From: Octopus bimaculoides
Lineage: Eukaryota
Direction: 5' to 3'
DNA length: 64,000 nucleotides
Assembly (NCBI RefSeq): GCF_001194135.2
Contig: NC_068987.1
Coordinates: forward strand, 3,282,166 to 3,346,165
Part shown: positions 38,856 to 52,472 of the stretch, in pieces
Numbering within the stretch: the first letter of the stretch is position 1
Layout of the letters: every line of letters starts with the position of its first letter
The notes under the pieces: model-generated
Told to the model about the DNA's origin: nothing
Database searches by the model: none
The model's input: only the letters and a program-made list of their open reading frames with translations
Made by a program: the position numbers and the translations under genes

Positions 38856-39174
38856 TCACTGCCTGGAATCGAACTCGGAATCTTGGGGTTAGTAGCCCGC
38901 GCTCTTAACCACTATGCCATATGCCCCAAGATTCCAAGTTCAATTCCAGGCAGTGGCCTGAATAATATTAATAACAACAACAGCAACAGCAGCAACAACA
39001 ACAACAAATACCTTAAGAATGAAAACCCAGGTTCGAAATTTCCCCAAGACACCTGATGAAGGCTGGAGGGTATATCAACCGAAAAGTTGTGTTAACAACA
39101 AATAAGAGGAGGACAAGTATCCGTCAAATGTAAATAATGTACATAATTCTTCATCTCTCAAATATAGAACTGTA
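38850..39174 (+). mobile_element. tRNA-headed hammerhead SINE with inverted head copy
   Basis: Reverse head 38850-38926, forward partial head, (AAC)n, body, CUGAUGA...GAAAAGUU (39048-39093, C15.2 to A), tail ending gaactgta. Confidence 0.75.
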
Positions 39175-39218
39175 TAATTTTAAAGTATCTGAAAATAAAA
39201 TAAAATAGAATTACAAAC

Positions 39219-39329
39219 CATTAGCTACAGCATCAGTTATAAAACTGAGGATGTTAGGATGCTGCCCAAGCGCTTCGGCCATAGCTTTTGCTTCCTTTAA
39301 ATCTCCTCTTTCGTCATCGGATAAACCAT
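39219..39329 (-). CDS. Receptor pseudokinase exon 12 (subdomains III-IV)
   Basis: ttacag|...|gtttgt, phase 1-1: (D)GLSDDERGDLKEAKAMAEALGQHPNILSFITDAVAN. Confidence 0.9.
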
Positions 39330-40475
39330 CTGTAAAATAAGAGGAATATAGATTATGATTTTGATATTGGTAAAATACAAGATGCAATCAAAATGAATAA
39401 AGAAATTACTTAGCCAACCAAATGCCAGTTGTTTGTTGTATTTCAAGTGAATTGCTTACGGACATTGCATTTGAAGAGGTGTGATTAACGATATTTAGTC
39501 GTTAAAGGTTGTCATTATTAGCTCTGGTTAATTCTAGAGGACATTTTAAGTCATAAATCGCAATTTTTAAACTACAAAAATATCGACTGTTTTGAAAACG
39601 TTTTTTTGTTTGTTTTTTTTTTGCATTTCCCATCAAAATATCATTCATTGATATTTCATACACCTTCGCATTTGATACTATAGTTTCAAAAAAAACTAAA
39701 ATGTTTATTATTTCAATTGAATAGAAAAGGATAAATATGCTTGTTTTTCAGTGATCCACATTTGGGACTTTTCGGAAAATTTATCATACTTTCCAAAAGA
39801 ATTCACATATGAAGAAAATTTAAATACTATATATTATTCTAACCCCCAAGACACCTGGCAAATCCAAAAAATGTAAATAAAAGAATTTGGCAGTTAATGG
39901 GTTAACAACACAGCTGAATCTACACCTCATGGCTAGAATAGTAATTACATGTTTTGTTTTGTTCAATAGAAACAAACACAAGGCATTTTGGTTTAGCCTT
40001 CTTGCTTGTTCTCCTTTTCAGTGACTAGTTTCAGTTATTGGATTACAGCCAAGACACGTCACAGCCGACAGAGACCATCACCATCTCCTCCCCGCCACCA
40101 CTGTTGCCGCCATCACCACCACCTCTTCAACAGTGTTTCAGGAACACGTTTATTTAATCAATCTATATTTTATTGATTAGTTGAGTTACCATATTCTGAC
40201 ACAAAGCAGCTTATTTTTCACAAAAGCCATTGTGTCAAATGCATAAACACAAACATGGAATACCACAAGCGAAAACATGTACGCTTGTTTGTGTGTGTCT
40301 ATACACACACACACACACACACACATAAACATATATAAAGACATACACACATAAACGTACATAAAAACATACATAACATAGATATATATATGTATACGTA
40401 TATGTGTGTGTGTGTATGCATATCTATTCATCTGTATTATATTATCTATATTAAATGTATGTGCATGTGTATGTT

Positions 40476-40533
<58 letters not shown>

Positions 40534-40797
40534 CACTCACACATACACACATACATAAATACAAATATATATATATATATAATATAGATAAATCGATAGA
40601 TAGATAGATAGATAGATAGCAAGAGAGATAGCTAGATAGATAGATAGATAGGTAGAGAGAGAGAGAGAGAGAGAGAGATATGCATACACACACAAACACA
40701 ACTATGCTTCTGCACAGTTTCTGTCAACCACATTCCACACACACTCTCTCTCTCTCTCTCTCTCTCTCTNNNNNNNNNNTCAACCACATTCCACACA

Positions 40798-40854
<57 letters not shown>

Positions 40855-42388
40855 CCTCTCATACAGAGGAGATTCATTGTCATATTCAGTGCAGCACATT
40901 TTGACTGTTGTCGTCACAGTGGCACCTTGTGAGCATGCCAAAGTGTCTCCTCTCTCCCACACAAAGATGCAACAAAAGATCTCAATTAAATTAATAACGA
41001 GCTGTTGTTAAGGCAGTGAGTGAGATGGCAGGATCCCCAGCAGACTGGGCAAGATGCTTAGCAGCATTTCATCTGTCACTAGGTTCTGAGTTCAAATTCT
41101 GCTGAGGTTGACTTTTCCTTTCATTCTCTCGGGGTCGATAAAACAAGCACCAAATGAACACTTACCCACTTCCCCAAAAAAATTGCTGGCCTTGTGCCAA
41201 AATTTGAAACAATGGCAAGAGTGGATGGTACCTCTCTAAATGTACACCAGTGAGTCGGAGAGAAGGAATTGGAGAGGGTACTTGCTCCAGGGGTTACAGG
41301 GAAATCTCAGACAGTGGGGTTCCTCGATTATCCCTAGAGGCCTTCCTGTATCGGAAGATATGGAATCTCCATGAGAACTACATTAAGGGTACACATGTCA
41401 ATGGGGTGCTGAACCCCTTGCATGTTAATGTCACAAGCAGGCTGTTCCGTTGATCAAATCAGCTGGAAGCTTCATCATTGTCATAACCGACAGATTGCTC
41501 AGCCTTGTCTATGAGGAGAGAAAATACCCAACATTGCTTTACTCAGTAATGCCCAAGGTAAAACTATCAGGTGCATTGAGGATAAAGATACAGCATAATC
41601 TACTGATCAGAATCTCAATTTGGTTCCTTAGCAACCATTTCTGCTAGCCATCACATTCATGTTTTCAGTATTAAGCTTTGCCTTCTTCCCTATGAACAAG
41701 TTTGATTGATTTTTAATCTGTTCCTTCATTTCATCTTATCTTTTCACTTACACCCCTCCCAACTTTAATTTATATTCATTTCTCTCTCTCTCTCTCTCTG
41801 CCTTTGTTCCTTCTTCCTTCTTCTACCTCACTTAAAGAAAGTCTTTTTATTATTATATTTTTCTCCTTCTAATTTTCTGATAACAGTCTCAGCCGAAGTT
41901 ACAAGACCTATTCTCTTTGGCAAACGAATATACTTCATTTTTTAAAATCTTTCCACTGCATCGATTCTTAATGATGCTAAGCTCAGTAAATCATACCAAA
42001 TTATATTGATTACATTTGTTTCGTTCATGCTGATTGATAAGGAACCGCTTCTTGCAGTATTTCAACAATTCAGATTGTTAAAAAGACTGATAAAAATAAT
42101 TGAAAACTTAAAAGAAAAATCAAATAAAACAGTAAAAAAATTAATCATTATTAAGCTGTTTCATTTATGATAAAATAAATAAAAATAGGCATAAAATAAT
42201 AATGATGATGGTTTTATTAACTGTGGCAATGGTTAAAAGCTTGCTTCCAAAATATGTGGTCTTGAGTTCAGTCCCACTGCATGGTACCTTGGGCAAGTGT
42301 TTTCTACTATAGCCCCAAATCAAACAAAGTCTTTTGAATGAATTTGGTAAACTACAACTAAAATTGTGTATATGTATGTGTGTGTATA

Positions 42389-42420
<32 letters not shown>

Positions 42421-43132
42421 AATCAAAATGGAAGTTGTAGTTATGGCTGATGCCAGTGCCACCTGAATGGCTCCTGTGCTGGTGGCATGCAATAAGCACA
42501 ATTCATGCGTAGGTCATTGCCAGTGTCACCTGACTGGCTCCCCATGCTGGTGGCACGTAAAAAGCACCATCTGAACATGATTGATGCCAGTCCCCCACAC
42601 CAACTGGTTCCTGTGCCAGTAGCACGTAAAAACCACCATCCAAATGTGGCCGATGCCAGTGCCACCTGACTAGCTCCTGTGCCGGTGGCCCATAAAAAGC
42701 ACCCACTACACTTTTGGAGTGGTTGGCATTAGGAAAAGCATCTAGATGTAGAAACTTTGCCAAATTAGATTGGAGCCTGGCACAGCCTTCTGGCTTGCCA
42801 GTCCTCAGTCAAACCGTCAAACCCATGCCAGCATGGAAAATGGACATTAAATGATGATGATCATAATAATATATATGCATGAATGTATGTGTATGTCTGT
42901 TTGTGTGTAGTCTTGTCTTGTTATCATGTGATGGCTGTAAATGAGCATCACTGTCATGCAAACGAGGTTGTTTGTATCAAGTCTTTCATGCAAAATAGGT
43001 CTGGCCACGGGGAAATATTACCTTGCTTGGAAAGAGGTGAGGGTTGGTGACAGGAAGGGCATCCAGCCACAGAAAATCTGCCTCCGTAAATTCTGTATGA
43101 CCCATGCAAGCACGGAAAAAAATGGATGTTAA

Positions 43133-43169
<37 letters not shown>

Positions 43170-43245
43170 CGACAACAACGATGACAACAATGACAACCAT
43201 AAAATTAGAATGACAACATAAGAAGAATTTAAATAAAAGCCTCAC

Positions 43246-43414
43246 CTTTAACGATTAGTAAAGCTACTTCAGTAGTATTGTCCCAACTACTTAAACTTCT
43301 TGCTTTCCAAATATCTCCAAAACATCCAGTGTTTAATTTGCGATCCGTGATACCAACAACTAATTCTCCAATGGCAATCAATTGGTGTTTAGATTGAGGA
43401 ATAATCAACTCTTG
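43246..43414 (-). CDS. Receptor pseudokinase exon 11 (juxtamembrane and subdomains I-II)
   Basis: ttacag|...|gtgagg, phase 0-1: QELIIPQSKHQLIAIGELVVGITDRKLNTGCFGDIWKARSLSSWDNTTEVALLIVK. Confidence 0.9.
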
Positions 43415-44235
43415 CTGTAAGTAGGAACAGAAAGGAAAAGAAATTAAATTACAAAAAAAAAAAGACATGAATTTATTAAATATCCAAGTTGAACCTGGTG
43501 CAGCCTCCTGGCTTGCCAGTCCTTAGTCAAACCATCCAATCCATGCCAGCAAGGAAAGCAGATGTTAAATGATGATGATGATGATGATGATGATATATAT
43601 ATGGTGCTTAGGTGCACAACAACTGATCAGAAAATGCAGTAGAAAAGTGCATAAAAGACAAAAGTGCATAAAATAGCTAAAAGTGCATTTCTCTATTAAA
43701 CAAATAATATTCACATTTTTTCCAAAATGTTAAGACATAATTTTGTGAATGGTTTTTCAGCTTTCTTATGAAATGGTTCAAATGTAAAAAATACAAAGAA
43801 ACAAAAAACGAAAATCAACAACAATACCTTACTGCTACAATTTACATTCAGGAAATTGCTTTTTTTAAAGATAAATAGGCATGACTGTGTGATTCAGAAG
43901 TTCACTTTGCAACCCCATGATTTCAGGTTCAATCACACCACATGGCACCAGAAATGTCTTCTGCTAGAGTGCTTATAGCCTCATGAGTAAATTTTGATGG
44001 ATAGAAATTGTGTGGAAGCCTGTCATATACTCAGGCACGACAGAAGTAAATAGACACCCCATAAAACATCGTTTTTACATTTGTTCTAATTTGTAATGGT
44101 TTATATTTTTTTATTAATTGACATTTTTCAGACAGACAGAGACAGAGACAGGACAGAAAAAGAGAGAGAGAGATAGAGAGATAGAGATGTCACAAAAAGC
44201 AATAGGCTGGAGAGACAAGCAATCGGTGCCCCTAC

Positions 44236-44420
44236 CTTGTCATCTGTGACTTCTGGTGCTTCATCATCCCGTGTGATGATAGTTTTATCTTTTTTCTTTT
44301 TGCTCACCAGCAACATAATAGCCATTAAGATGATACAAGTGAAAGTAAATAATCCAGTGAAAACTGCCAGAGCTATGGCCAAATTCTTCATGAGTTTTCG
44401 ATAATCTTCTGCTAGTAATC
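44236..44420 (-). CDS. Receptor exon 10 (transmembrane helix and basic stop-transfer)
   Basis: ttcag|...|gtaggg, phase 1-0: (R)LLAEDYRKLMKNLAIALAVFTGLFTFTCIILMAIMLLVSKKKKDKTIITRDDEAPEVTDDK. Confidence 0.92.
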
Positions 44421-44835
44421 CTGAACGAAAATTAATGAACTTGTTAATAATTCTTCACACATTTATGGAATTGAATGAAATTAATTAATGATTATAATTA
44501 GTTTGCAAGTTTCTTCTACTAGGCCTTGTGAGTGAATTAGGTAGATGGAAACTGAATGAAACCTGCCATATGTGTGGTGTGTGTATATGTGTGTGGATGT
44601 GTGTATATGTGTGTGGATGTGTGTATATGTATGTGTGTGTGTATGTGTGTGTTTGCATATGTTTGTGCATGTGTGTGTATGTGTGTGCATATGGCATGTG
44701 TGTGTGTGTGTGGTGCATGTGTACTTGTCTGCATGTGTGTGTGTACATGTGCGTGCGTGTACATATGCATGTGCATGCAGGTGTACACGCATGTGTGTGG
44801 TACATGTGTGTGTGTGAGTGAGTGAGTGAGTGAAT

Positions 44836-44899
<64 letters not shown>

Positions 44900-45189
44900 T
44901 GCTTTTATATTGCACAATGGTTGTAAACAAGAATTCCTGTCATACAATTATTGTCATTCATTTCCAATATTCAGTGGAAACATCTGGTCACAAGGAAAAT
45001 ATTATTTTACATGGAAACAGGTGAGGGTTGATGACAGGAAAGGCATCTGGCAGTAGAAAACCTGCCTCAGTGAACTCCATCCAACCCATGCAAACATGGA
45101 AAAGTAGACACTGCAATGATGAAGATGATGATGATGATATACAGGAGCAAGGGTTAGCAGAGTGCGATTGACCAACACATAAATTACTA

Positions 45190-45476
45190 GAGTAAAGATT
45201 ATTTGCCAACATAACATGGTTTAGGACGAATGTTGCTGTAATTTAGCCCTAGGAGACATCGTCTCCAGCTGGCTATACGACACAATCAGTGTCCTTATAT
45301 TTTCAAACAAGGGAATCTAGCACCCCCACTCAGCTCAAAACAATATCTGTGTATCGTGATTTCCGGGTTATTTCCCTTCATCAGCACAGAATACATGATG
45401 TCTCCTGGGGCTAAATTACAGCAACATTCGTCCTAAACCAGGACTGCCATGTTATGTTGGGAAACAATCTTTACTC
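45190..45476. mobile_element. MITE-like element with about 70-bp terminal inverted repeats
   Basis: gagtaaagatt..ccaacataacatggtttaggacgaatgttgctgtaatttagccc.aggagacatc and its reverse complement; the left arm lacks 9 bp present in the right. Confidence 0.85.
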
Positions 45477-46016
45477 CAAAGTCCTGTTGCTGAATATCTC
45501 TCGTTGTGAGATTTACAAATAGTAATTTTCTATTACATAAATTACTTTTTATGTTTTAACTTTTCAACTGATGAGAAGGAAGTGATGTATTTGGTGTACA
45601 GACAATTATTAGTAGCAGTGAATGGAAAATATAAAGAAACTAGAAAGGGTTAATCTTTTCTACTCTAGGCACAAGGCCCGAAATGTTTTGGGAAGGGGCC
45701 AGTTGATTAGATCGAACCCAGTACGCAACGTTTCTGCCGGATTGCCACCTTATGAGAAAGGGTTAATGAAAATGGACTGAGTCGGTCAATTGCTCTCATC
45801 TAAGTGTAGCTAATCTATAAAAGAAACTGTAACAGAAACAAATGCTGTTAAAGATTACGGTAAAAGTTTAGTGGTTGTGAAGCACTAGTAGTGATAGTGC
45901 TTATGATGATGATGATGATGGTGGTGGTGATGATGATGATGATGCCACTGGCGCCACTGATGGCAATGGGTTGGAATAAGTATTAATGTGAAAAAGTAAA
46001 AATTTCAAGGGCTTAC

Positions 46017-46154
46017 GTTTGTCGCAAACACTGCCAATGTATCCACCCAAACAGCCATCAGGGCATGTTCCGTTGAAGGGATTGCATGTTTTATTATTGG
46101 CACAAAATCCACAGACAGTTGAGCAGTTGAAGCCATAAAAACCAGGCTCACATT
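46017..46154 (-). CDS. Receptor EGF-repeat exon 9
   Basis: tttag|...|gtaagc, 138 nt, phase 1-1: (E)CEPGFYGFNCSTVCGFCANNKTCNPFNGTCPDGCLGGYIGSVCDK. Confidence 0.93.
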
Positions 46155-46936
46155 CTAAATACAAGAAAAAATGAGTGAAAAATTTAATTTTCAAAAATAA
46201 GCTTTTTGTTTATTGTTTGGAATAAAGCAAAAATTCTTGTCTAAGTTTAATATTTAGTTTAAAAAGGTTCATTAATTTTTTTCTTAATTTATTAAAATCC
46301 ACTCAGTTTTAGAACTGATTAAACAAAGTTTCAGAGATTATTAAATAATTTAAACAATGCATCTATCCATCCATTTTCTCCAACCACTATTACCGAGGGG
46401 GTCATAGGGGTACAATCCTCAGGGTACAATCTCCCCGTAGGGTCCTGTCAGAAGCAACTACCATTACATTTTCTGGTTGGATTCCCAAGCATGACTAACT
46501 AAGACTTGGGATATTATCCAACCATTTTGCTCTTGGTTTACTTCTGCCAGTTGGCTTGGCTTGAAGAATGCATTTTGTGATTCTAATCATACATTCATAG
46601 AATTGGAACTGTGACCTTTCTCTACAGAGAAGTAATGGTTTGACTTGGAGAAAATCTCTGATCTCTCAGCCATGCTCTCAGTTGAGCAATGATACTCCAG
46701 ATACCCTTTGGTGGAACCTCATTCCAGCCAATTGTTTTCTCTTTTGGTTCTTGCCCAACATTCATGACCATAAATAAAGATTGGCATGGAAACCAAACTG
46801 AAGAAAACGATAATCATATTTAAGAACATCTCAATACTTAACATTATTAATTCATTAATAATAATAATTCATTTATTAAACAACTTAATTTCGCAGCAGT
46901 TTATCATTCCAACAAGATATAATCTTGTTATCTTAC

Positions 46937-47077
46937 CTTCAGTGCACATATCTCCAGTCCATCCATTTTCACAATGATTTTTGGGACAGAAACCTTCCAC
47001 AGAGTCACAAGTTACTCCGTCTTTGCAGAAACCACAATAGTAGGAACAGTTTAATCCAAAGGTGCCATGTTCACAAT
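46937..47077 (-). CDS. Receptor EGF-repeat exon 8 (absent from ORF track)
   Basis: gaccag|...|gtaaga, 141 nt, phase 1-1: CEHGTFGLNCSYYCGFCKDGVTCDSVEGFCPKNHCENGWTGDMCTE. Confidence 0.93.
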
Positions 47078-48110
47078 CTGGTCAAAACATTTCAAAAGAA
47101 CATTTTATTATTTCTTTTATTCTGCTTATTTTGAAAAGCAATATTTGTGTAAAAAATACTTTTTTTTACATGCTTAAAAAAATAAATATCAATTGTTAGT
47201 GATGTCAGTGCTTCTTACTGTCAGATCATTTCAAAAAGAAAATATTCTTTTCTACTCTACAATGATTACAATGATGATGATGGTAATGATGGTGATAGTG
47301 GTAGTGGTAGTGATGAGAATGATGATGGTAATGATAGTGATGATAATGGTGGTGGTGGTGGTGGTAACGGTGGTGAGAACATGCCTGTATTTCAATCAGT
47401 GTTATTTGAGTTCAAGTTTACCAAAGTAGACCAGTGTTGTGCCTCGTTTATATCAAAGCCTAACTTCACAATTAAAACCACAAAAATAAAGGTTTGTCAA
47501 ATAAATACCAGATTAAAAATAAGTAGCGAGATTAATATAAATCACAAACACTCATGAAAGTAAGTGCTCCAGCATGGCCACAGTCTAATAACTGAAACCC
47601 CCGTAGAAAAATAACAATAAAACAATTGTGCAAGTTTTGCATAATTCAGTCTTCTGTATTTTGTGAAAAGTCTATTTTAGAAGTCTCTTTGTAAAGCACT
47701 TAATGTGTGTGTGTGTGTGTATGTGTGTGTTTGTGTGTGTATGTGTGTGAGGTACACACTCGATTTATTTCTATTCAATTTCATACTTGGATGGTTTACA
47801 ATAAAAGTAGCTTTCATAAATATTGCATCAAAAAGATTTTGTTAATTTATTACCTAGGAAGCCATAAATGAATAAATGAAAGAGAATTTCTATGAAGTGA
47901 GAACTGGTATCAACAACACCCAGCACTTGAGACACATAAGTACTATTCAGTCGTATTAGTGTTTAAGCTCAATTGATGTTATCGATCCGTTCAGTGTTCA
48001 ATTTCTCATATATTATCTTCATGTCGCTTTCACTGTGTTAAATCATATCATCAACAAAATGGCATCGAAAGAAGATCGAGGCATTTTTTATTCTTCTGTC
48101 AGTGCCATGT

Positions 48111-48320
48111 AAGAAAGCACTTGTGCTGGTACCACATGAAAAAGCACCTGTGTTGGTACCGCATAAAAAACACCTGTGCTGGTACCACATAAAAGAGGAC
48201 CTGCGCTGGTACCACATAAAAAAAGCACCTGTGCTGGTACCACATAAAAAACACCTGTGCTGGTACCACATAAAAAAAGGACTTGTGCTGGTACCACATA
48301 AAAAAAGCACCTGTGCTGGC
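48111..48320. repeat. 26-28 bp tandem repeat (aaaaagcacctgtgctggtaccacat), 7 full units plus 1 partial
   Basis: GGTACC at 48128, 48155, 48181, 48208, 48236, 48262 and 48290. The unit resembles the gtgccggtggcacgtaaaaagcacc motif upstream of RTE tails, and an RTE tail follows. Confidence 0.9.
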
Positions 48321-48487
48321 GCTATGTCAAAAGTACCGAGTACACTCAGTAAATTGATTGGTGTTAGGAAGGGCATCCAATCATAGAAAACATGTCGAAA
48401 CAGATCACTGGGGCCTGGTGCAGCCCTCTGGCTAACCAGCTCCTATCAAACTGTCCAACCCATACCAACATGGAAAACAGACATTAA

Positions 48488-48519
<32 letters not shown>

Positions 48520-49531
48520 GAAGATGAGGATGAGGATGACCACTCCCTGTATCTCTCTCCAGCCATCAGCCATCAAGCATTTACCTCTCACACCCACCAC
48601 AAATCTTATTTACCTACCCACGTCACTTCTCTTTCTTGTAACTTGAGCGTATGCCCTGATAAATCTTCTCCGCCATCCCCCTTCCCTTCTAAACGGGGTA
48701 ACCACATATTTCCTCCTACAGCAAGATTCCTGTTTCAGGCCCTCTTTCATATTTTAACATCTCATCAGCCGGCACAAAGACCCCCCCCCCCTCTCAATAT
48801 TACTTCTCCATCTTCAATTGAGTGGGGGTGGTCTTGTCTTGCAAGTCAGTTGGTGACCTCACTAGTGCTGGCGCCACATGAAGAGCCCCCTGTCCACACA
48901 CTGTAAAGTGGTTGATACTAGTAAGGTCTCCAGCCCCAGAAACCATGCCAAGGCAGACACTGGAGCTTGCCAACGTCTGTCAATCTGTCCAACCCATACA
49001 CCATCATCATCATCATCAGAATGGAAAATAGATGATGATGATGGTGATGGTGATGGTGGTTGGTGATGGATAAACGCTATGTAGAAACACTGTCTTCAAA
49101 GACCTAGACAATTTCATTGACCACAATACTAGTAGACTAGTTACAGACTGAAAAGCCTGTTATATTAAAAATTCATGTTACACACAATGAGAGTTAATAA
49201 AGAACAGGTGAACTACTTTGTAGTAAAAACATGGAAACATTGCATGTGTTCAGCAGATCACCAGTTCAAGCCTGTGTCACTGGGGTTAGGATGCTTAGGT
49301 AATACATATATGTGTATGTACACATACATAAATACACACACACACACACATATATATATAGGTGCAGGAGTGGCTGTGTGGTAAGAAGCTTGCTTCCCAA
49401 CCACATGGTTCCGGGTCCAGTCCCACTACATGGCACCTTGGGCAAGTATCTTCTACTATAACCTTGGACCAACCAAAGCCTCGTGAGTGGATTTGGTAGA
49501 TGGAAACTGAAAGAAGCCTGTCGTATATATG

Positions 49532-49582
<51 letters not shown>

Positions 49583-50048
49583 GTGTGTGTGAGCGTGTGT
49601 GTTAGTGTGTACTCGTCTTGACATCTTGTGATGGTTGTAAATGAGCATCACTGTCATACAAGTGAGGTTGTTTACTTGCAGTCTTCCATGAAAAACATGT
49701 CTAGCTATGGGAAAATATTACTTGGAAACAGGTGAAGATTGGTGGCAGGAAGGACAAGCAATCATGGAAAATCTGGCTGGACTAATTCTGTCTGACCCAT
49801 GCAAGCATTGAAAAGTAGACAGTAAATGATGATGATGATGAGGTATGTATACTGTATACTAAGACAAAAATGTGATTAGTTGATGCTTGCTACAATACGT
49901 GCAACTTACATACAAATCTGACATAAGCCTAGGGATTGTCTATATTTGATCTATTTTCAGTTCCAAGTTATTGTCTTTGGTTTTCAATTCAGGCAACATT
50001 GACACCACTAGCACAAGGATTCTTAAGATACGTCAGTTATATACTTAC

Positions 50049-50186
50049 AAAGTGAGCAGTTTGCGCCTCTCCAGCCTGTCTGACAACTGCTAACACACAC
50101 ACCAGTTGATTTATTGCAAACTTCGCTCTCATCAATACAACGGCATTTCTCTTGACAGTTTGGTCCAAAGGTATAATCATCACATT
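50049..50186 (-). CDS. Receptor EGF-repeat exon 7
   Basis: ttccag|...|gtaagt, 138 nt, phase 1-1: (E)CDDYTFGPNCQEKCRCIDESEVCNKSTGVCVSSCQTGWRGANCSL. Confidence 0.93.
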
Positions 50187-50740
50187 CTGGAAGATGAATA
50201 AAAGACATTAAATACTGATTTCAAATTTTTATTACAAAGCCAGCAATTTTGGGGAGGAGGAGGAGGCAAGTCCATTATATCGACTCCAGTGTTTAACTGG
50301 TACTTATTTTATCAATCTCAAAAGGATGAAAGGCAAAGTTAACCTCAGCAGAATGTGAACACAGAACATAAAGACCGATGAAATGCTGTGAAGCATTTTG
50401 CCCCAACATGCCAATAATTCTGCCAGTTCACTACCTTAACCCTTTCAATACCAACCTGACTGAAACTGCCCCTGGCTCTGTAGTACAAATGTCTTGTTTT
50501 CATAAGTTTTGAATTAAAATCTTCCACCAAACCTTAGTCACAATTTATGTTCCTAACACTAGCTTCATGATAACTAAGTTATTTTACTAAATTCTTTGTT
50601 ATATTTAAAATTAATTGAAAGAAACCCAGAGCATCTCAAAATAAATACAGTAACAAAAGGGTCAAGGTCATTAAATATTAAAAGAAAGAAATAAAGAAAA
50701 CTAAAATTGATAAAAAAAAAACTGAAACAAATGCCTGGTC

Positions 50741-51290
50741 TTGTTTAGAATGAAAAAAGATAATTTTTTCCCCTTGGTTCATATCAAACTTGGCTTGAAG
50801 AAACAGTCCATGAAGATCTTAAATACTGAGAGTCCTTATTTTCAATATATGGTTTCTGCTTTTCCTGCTTTGTCTTTGAAGAAGATCAAAACAAGTGTGT
50901 TCAATGGTGCTTACATTCATGCTCTTGTGTTGAGACAAGGAATTTGTTTGGAAAACAGATGACAAGGAGAAAGCAGCATAGTTGTCTTTTATGGCACATG
51001 TATGAAACTTTTGGGGGAACAACAAGGCAGAGAACTACAAAATTATGTTTACTAGAATGCTGCTGGCTTTTCACAATCTTGGATGCAACACGAGTGTCTG
51101 GTTCCATTTCCTGAACAGTCACTTTGATCAATTCCCAGAGAATCTTGGGACTGTAAGTAATGAACAAGGAAAGGGCTTTCATCTGAGCCTCATAACCATA
51201 GAAGAGCACTACCAAGGGCAATGGCAGAAAATATGGTGGCAGATTCCTGCTGGAGCATCAAATTGGATTGCCCTGAAGGAGTCCACAAAT
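50741..51290 (+). mobile_element. Degenerate DNA-transposase fragment, probably Chapaev/CMC-like
   Basis: FPLVHIKLGLKKQSMK...FPALS..KIKTSVF and HFLNSHFDQFPENLGTVSNEQG.GFH.......YQGQW, matching the recalled HIKLGLMK and FPENLGAVSDEQGERFHQD motifs. Family name is less certain than transposase identity. Confidence 0.65.
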
Positions 51291-51688
51291 GCAAAATCTA
51301 TAAGTGCAAACTTGCCTGAATAGCACCTATCGGAATTTTGTATTCCATCTTTATCAATAGTTCTGAATCACTTATCAGCTTTATGCCCCAGGGTCCCAGG
51401 ACATGCATCAGTTGCACACCCACCCTATGCCTTCCAGAATAAGTTGCAGGCTTATTTTTGGTTATACTGGCATTGAGTGGAGACTGCAATATATTTTTTG
51501 AATGAACCCCTCTCCCTAAGATTTGAACTAGTCCCTTGTTGACCTGCATGACAGAAGGTGCAATATGATTATTCTTTCAAACCCTTTTTCATATTTGTAG
51601 ATTTTGGTGTCTTATTCTCACCGGGCACCAAGTTGTCACTTAATGACAACCTTTGTAGCTAATTAAAATAGAAAGTTTACAAATAAAT

Positions 51689-51847
51689 GCAGGAGTGGCC
51701 GTGTGGTAAGTAGCTTGCTTACCAACCACATGATTCCTGGTTCAGTCCCACTGCATGGCACCTTGGGCAAGTGTCTTCTACTATAGCCTTGGGCCAACCA
51801 AAGCCTTGTGAGTGGATTTGGTAGAAGGAAACTGGAAGAAGCCCGTC

Positions 51848-51883
<36 letters not shown>

Positions 51884-52098
51884 GTGTGTATATGTTTGTG
51901 TGTGTCCCCAACATCACTTGACAACCAATGCTGGTGTGTTTATGTCCCCATAAGTTAGCAGTTCGGCAAAAGAGACCGATAGAATAAGTACTAGGCTTAC
52001 AAAGAATAAGTCCTGGGGTCGATTTGCTTGACTAAAGGCAGTGCTCCAGCATGGCCGCAGTCAACATGACTGAAACAAGTAAAAGAGTAAAAGAGTAA
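51689..52098 (+). mobile_element. tRNA-derived SINE family A, full length
   Basis: gcaggagtggccgtgtggtaagtagcttgc...gactgaaacaagtaaaagagtaaaagag; ends about 19 nt from the exon 6 donor. Confidence 0.85.
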
Positions 52099-52116
52099 AT
52101 ATGTAATTAACATTAC

Positions 52117-52254
52117 CTTCATTGCAATGACCACCTTGGAAACCTGGTTTGCAGCCTATTTTGCAATAACCATTATACCATTCACAGACGCTGTCAATGC
52201 AGTTGGGATTGCAAGTTTTATTACAGTCAGGTCCATATGTTCCAGCATAGCATT
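52117..52254 (-). CDS. Receptor EGF-repeat exon 6
   Basis: cgacag|...|gtaatg, 138 nt, phase 1-1: (E)CYAGTYGPDCNKTCNPNCIDSVCEWYNGYCKIGCKPGFQGGHCNE. Confidence 0.93.
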
Positions 52255-52472
52255 CTGTCGAAAAAACATTTAAGAAATTGTAACAAATTACACAAGTTAT
52301 ATGTAATACATCTAATATATTCTCGTTAGCTAAATAACACATCATAACAGGTAAAGTAGAGTTAAGTAATTTCAAAGCAGAAACATAATAAAAAAAAATT
52401 TCTTTTAGGTACAAACGCAAAAAATTATTATTATTATTATTTTTATTACTAATATTATTACTATTATTATTA

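Noticed and set aside
38850-38926. tRNA-Ser-like gene on the minus strand
   Set aside because: Acceptor and T stems do not pair properly, and it is the head of a repeated SINE.
48111-48320. CRISPR-like array
   Set aside because: No unique spacers, eukaryotic context, and the unit derives from the RTE-associated repeat.
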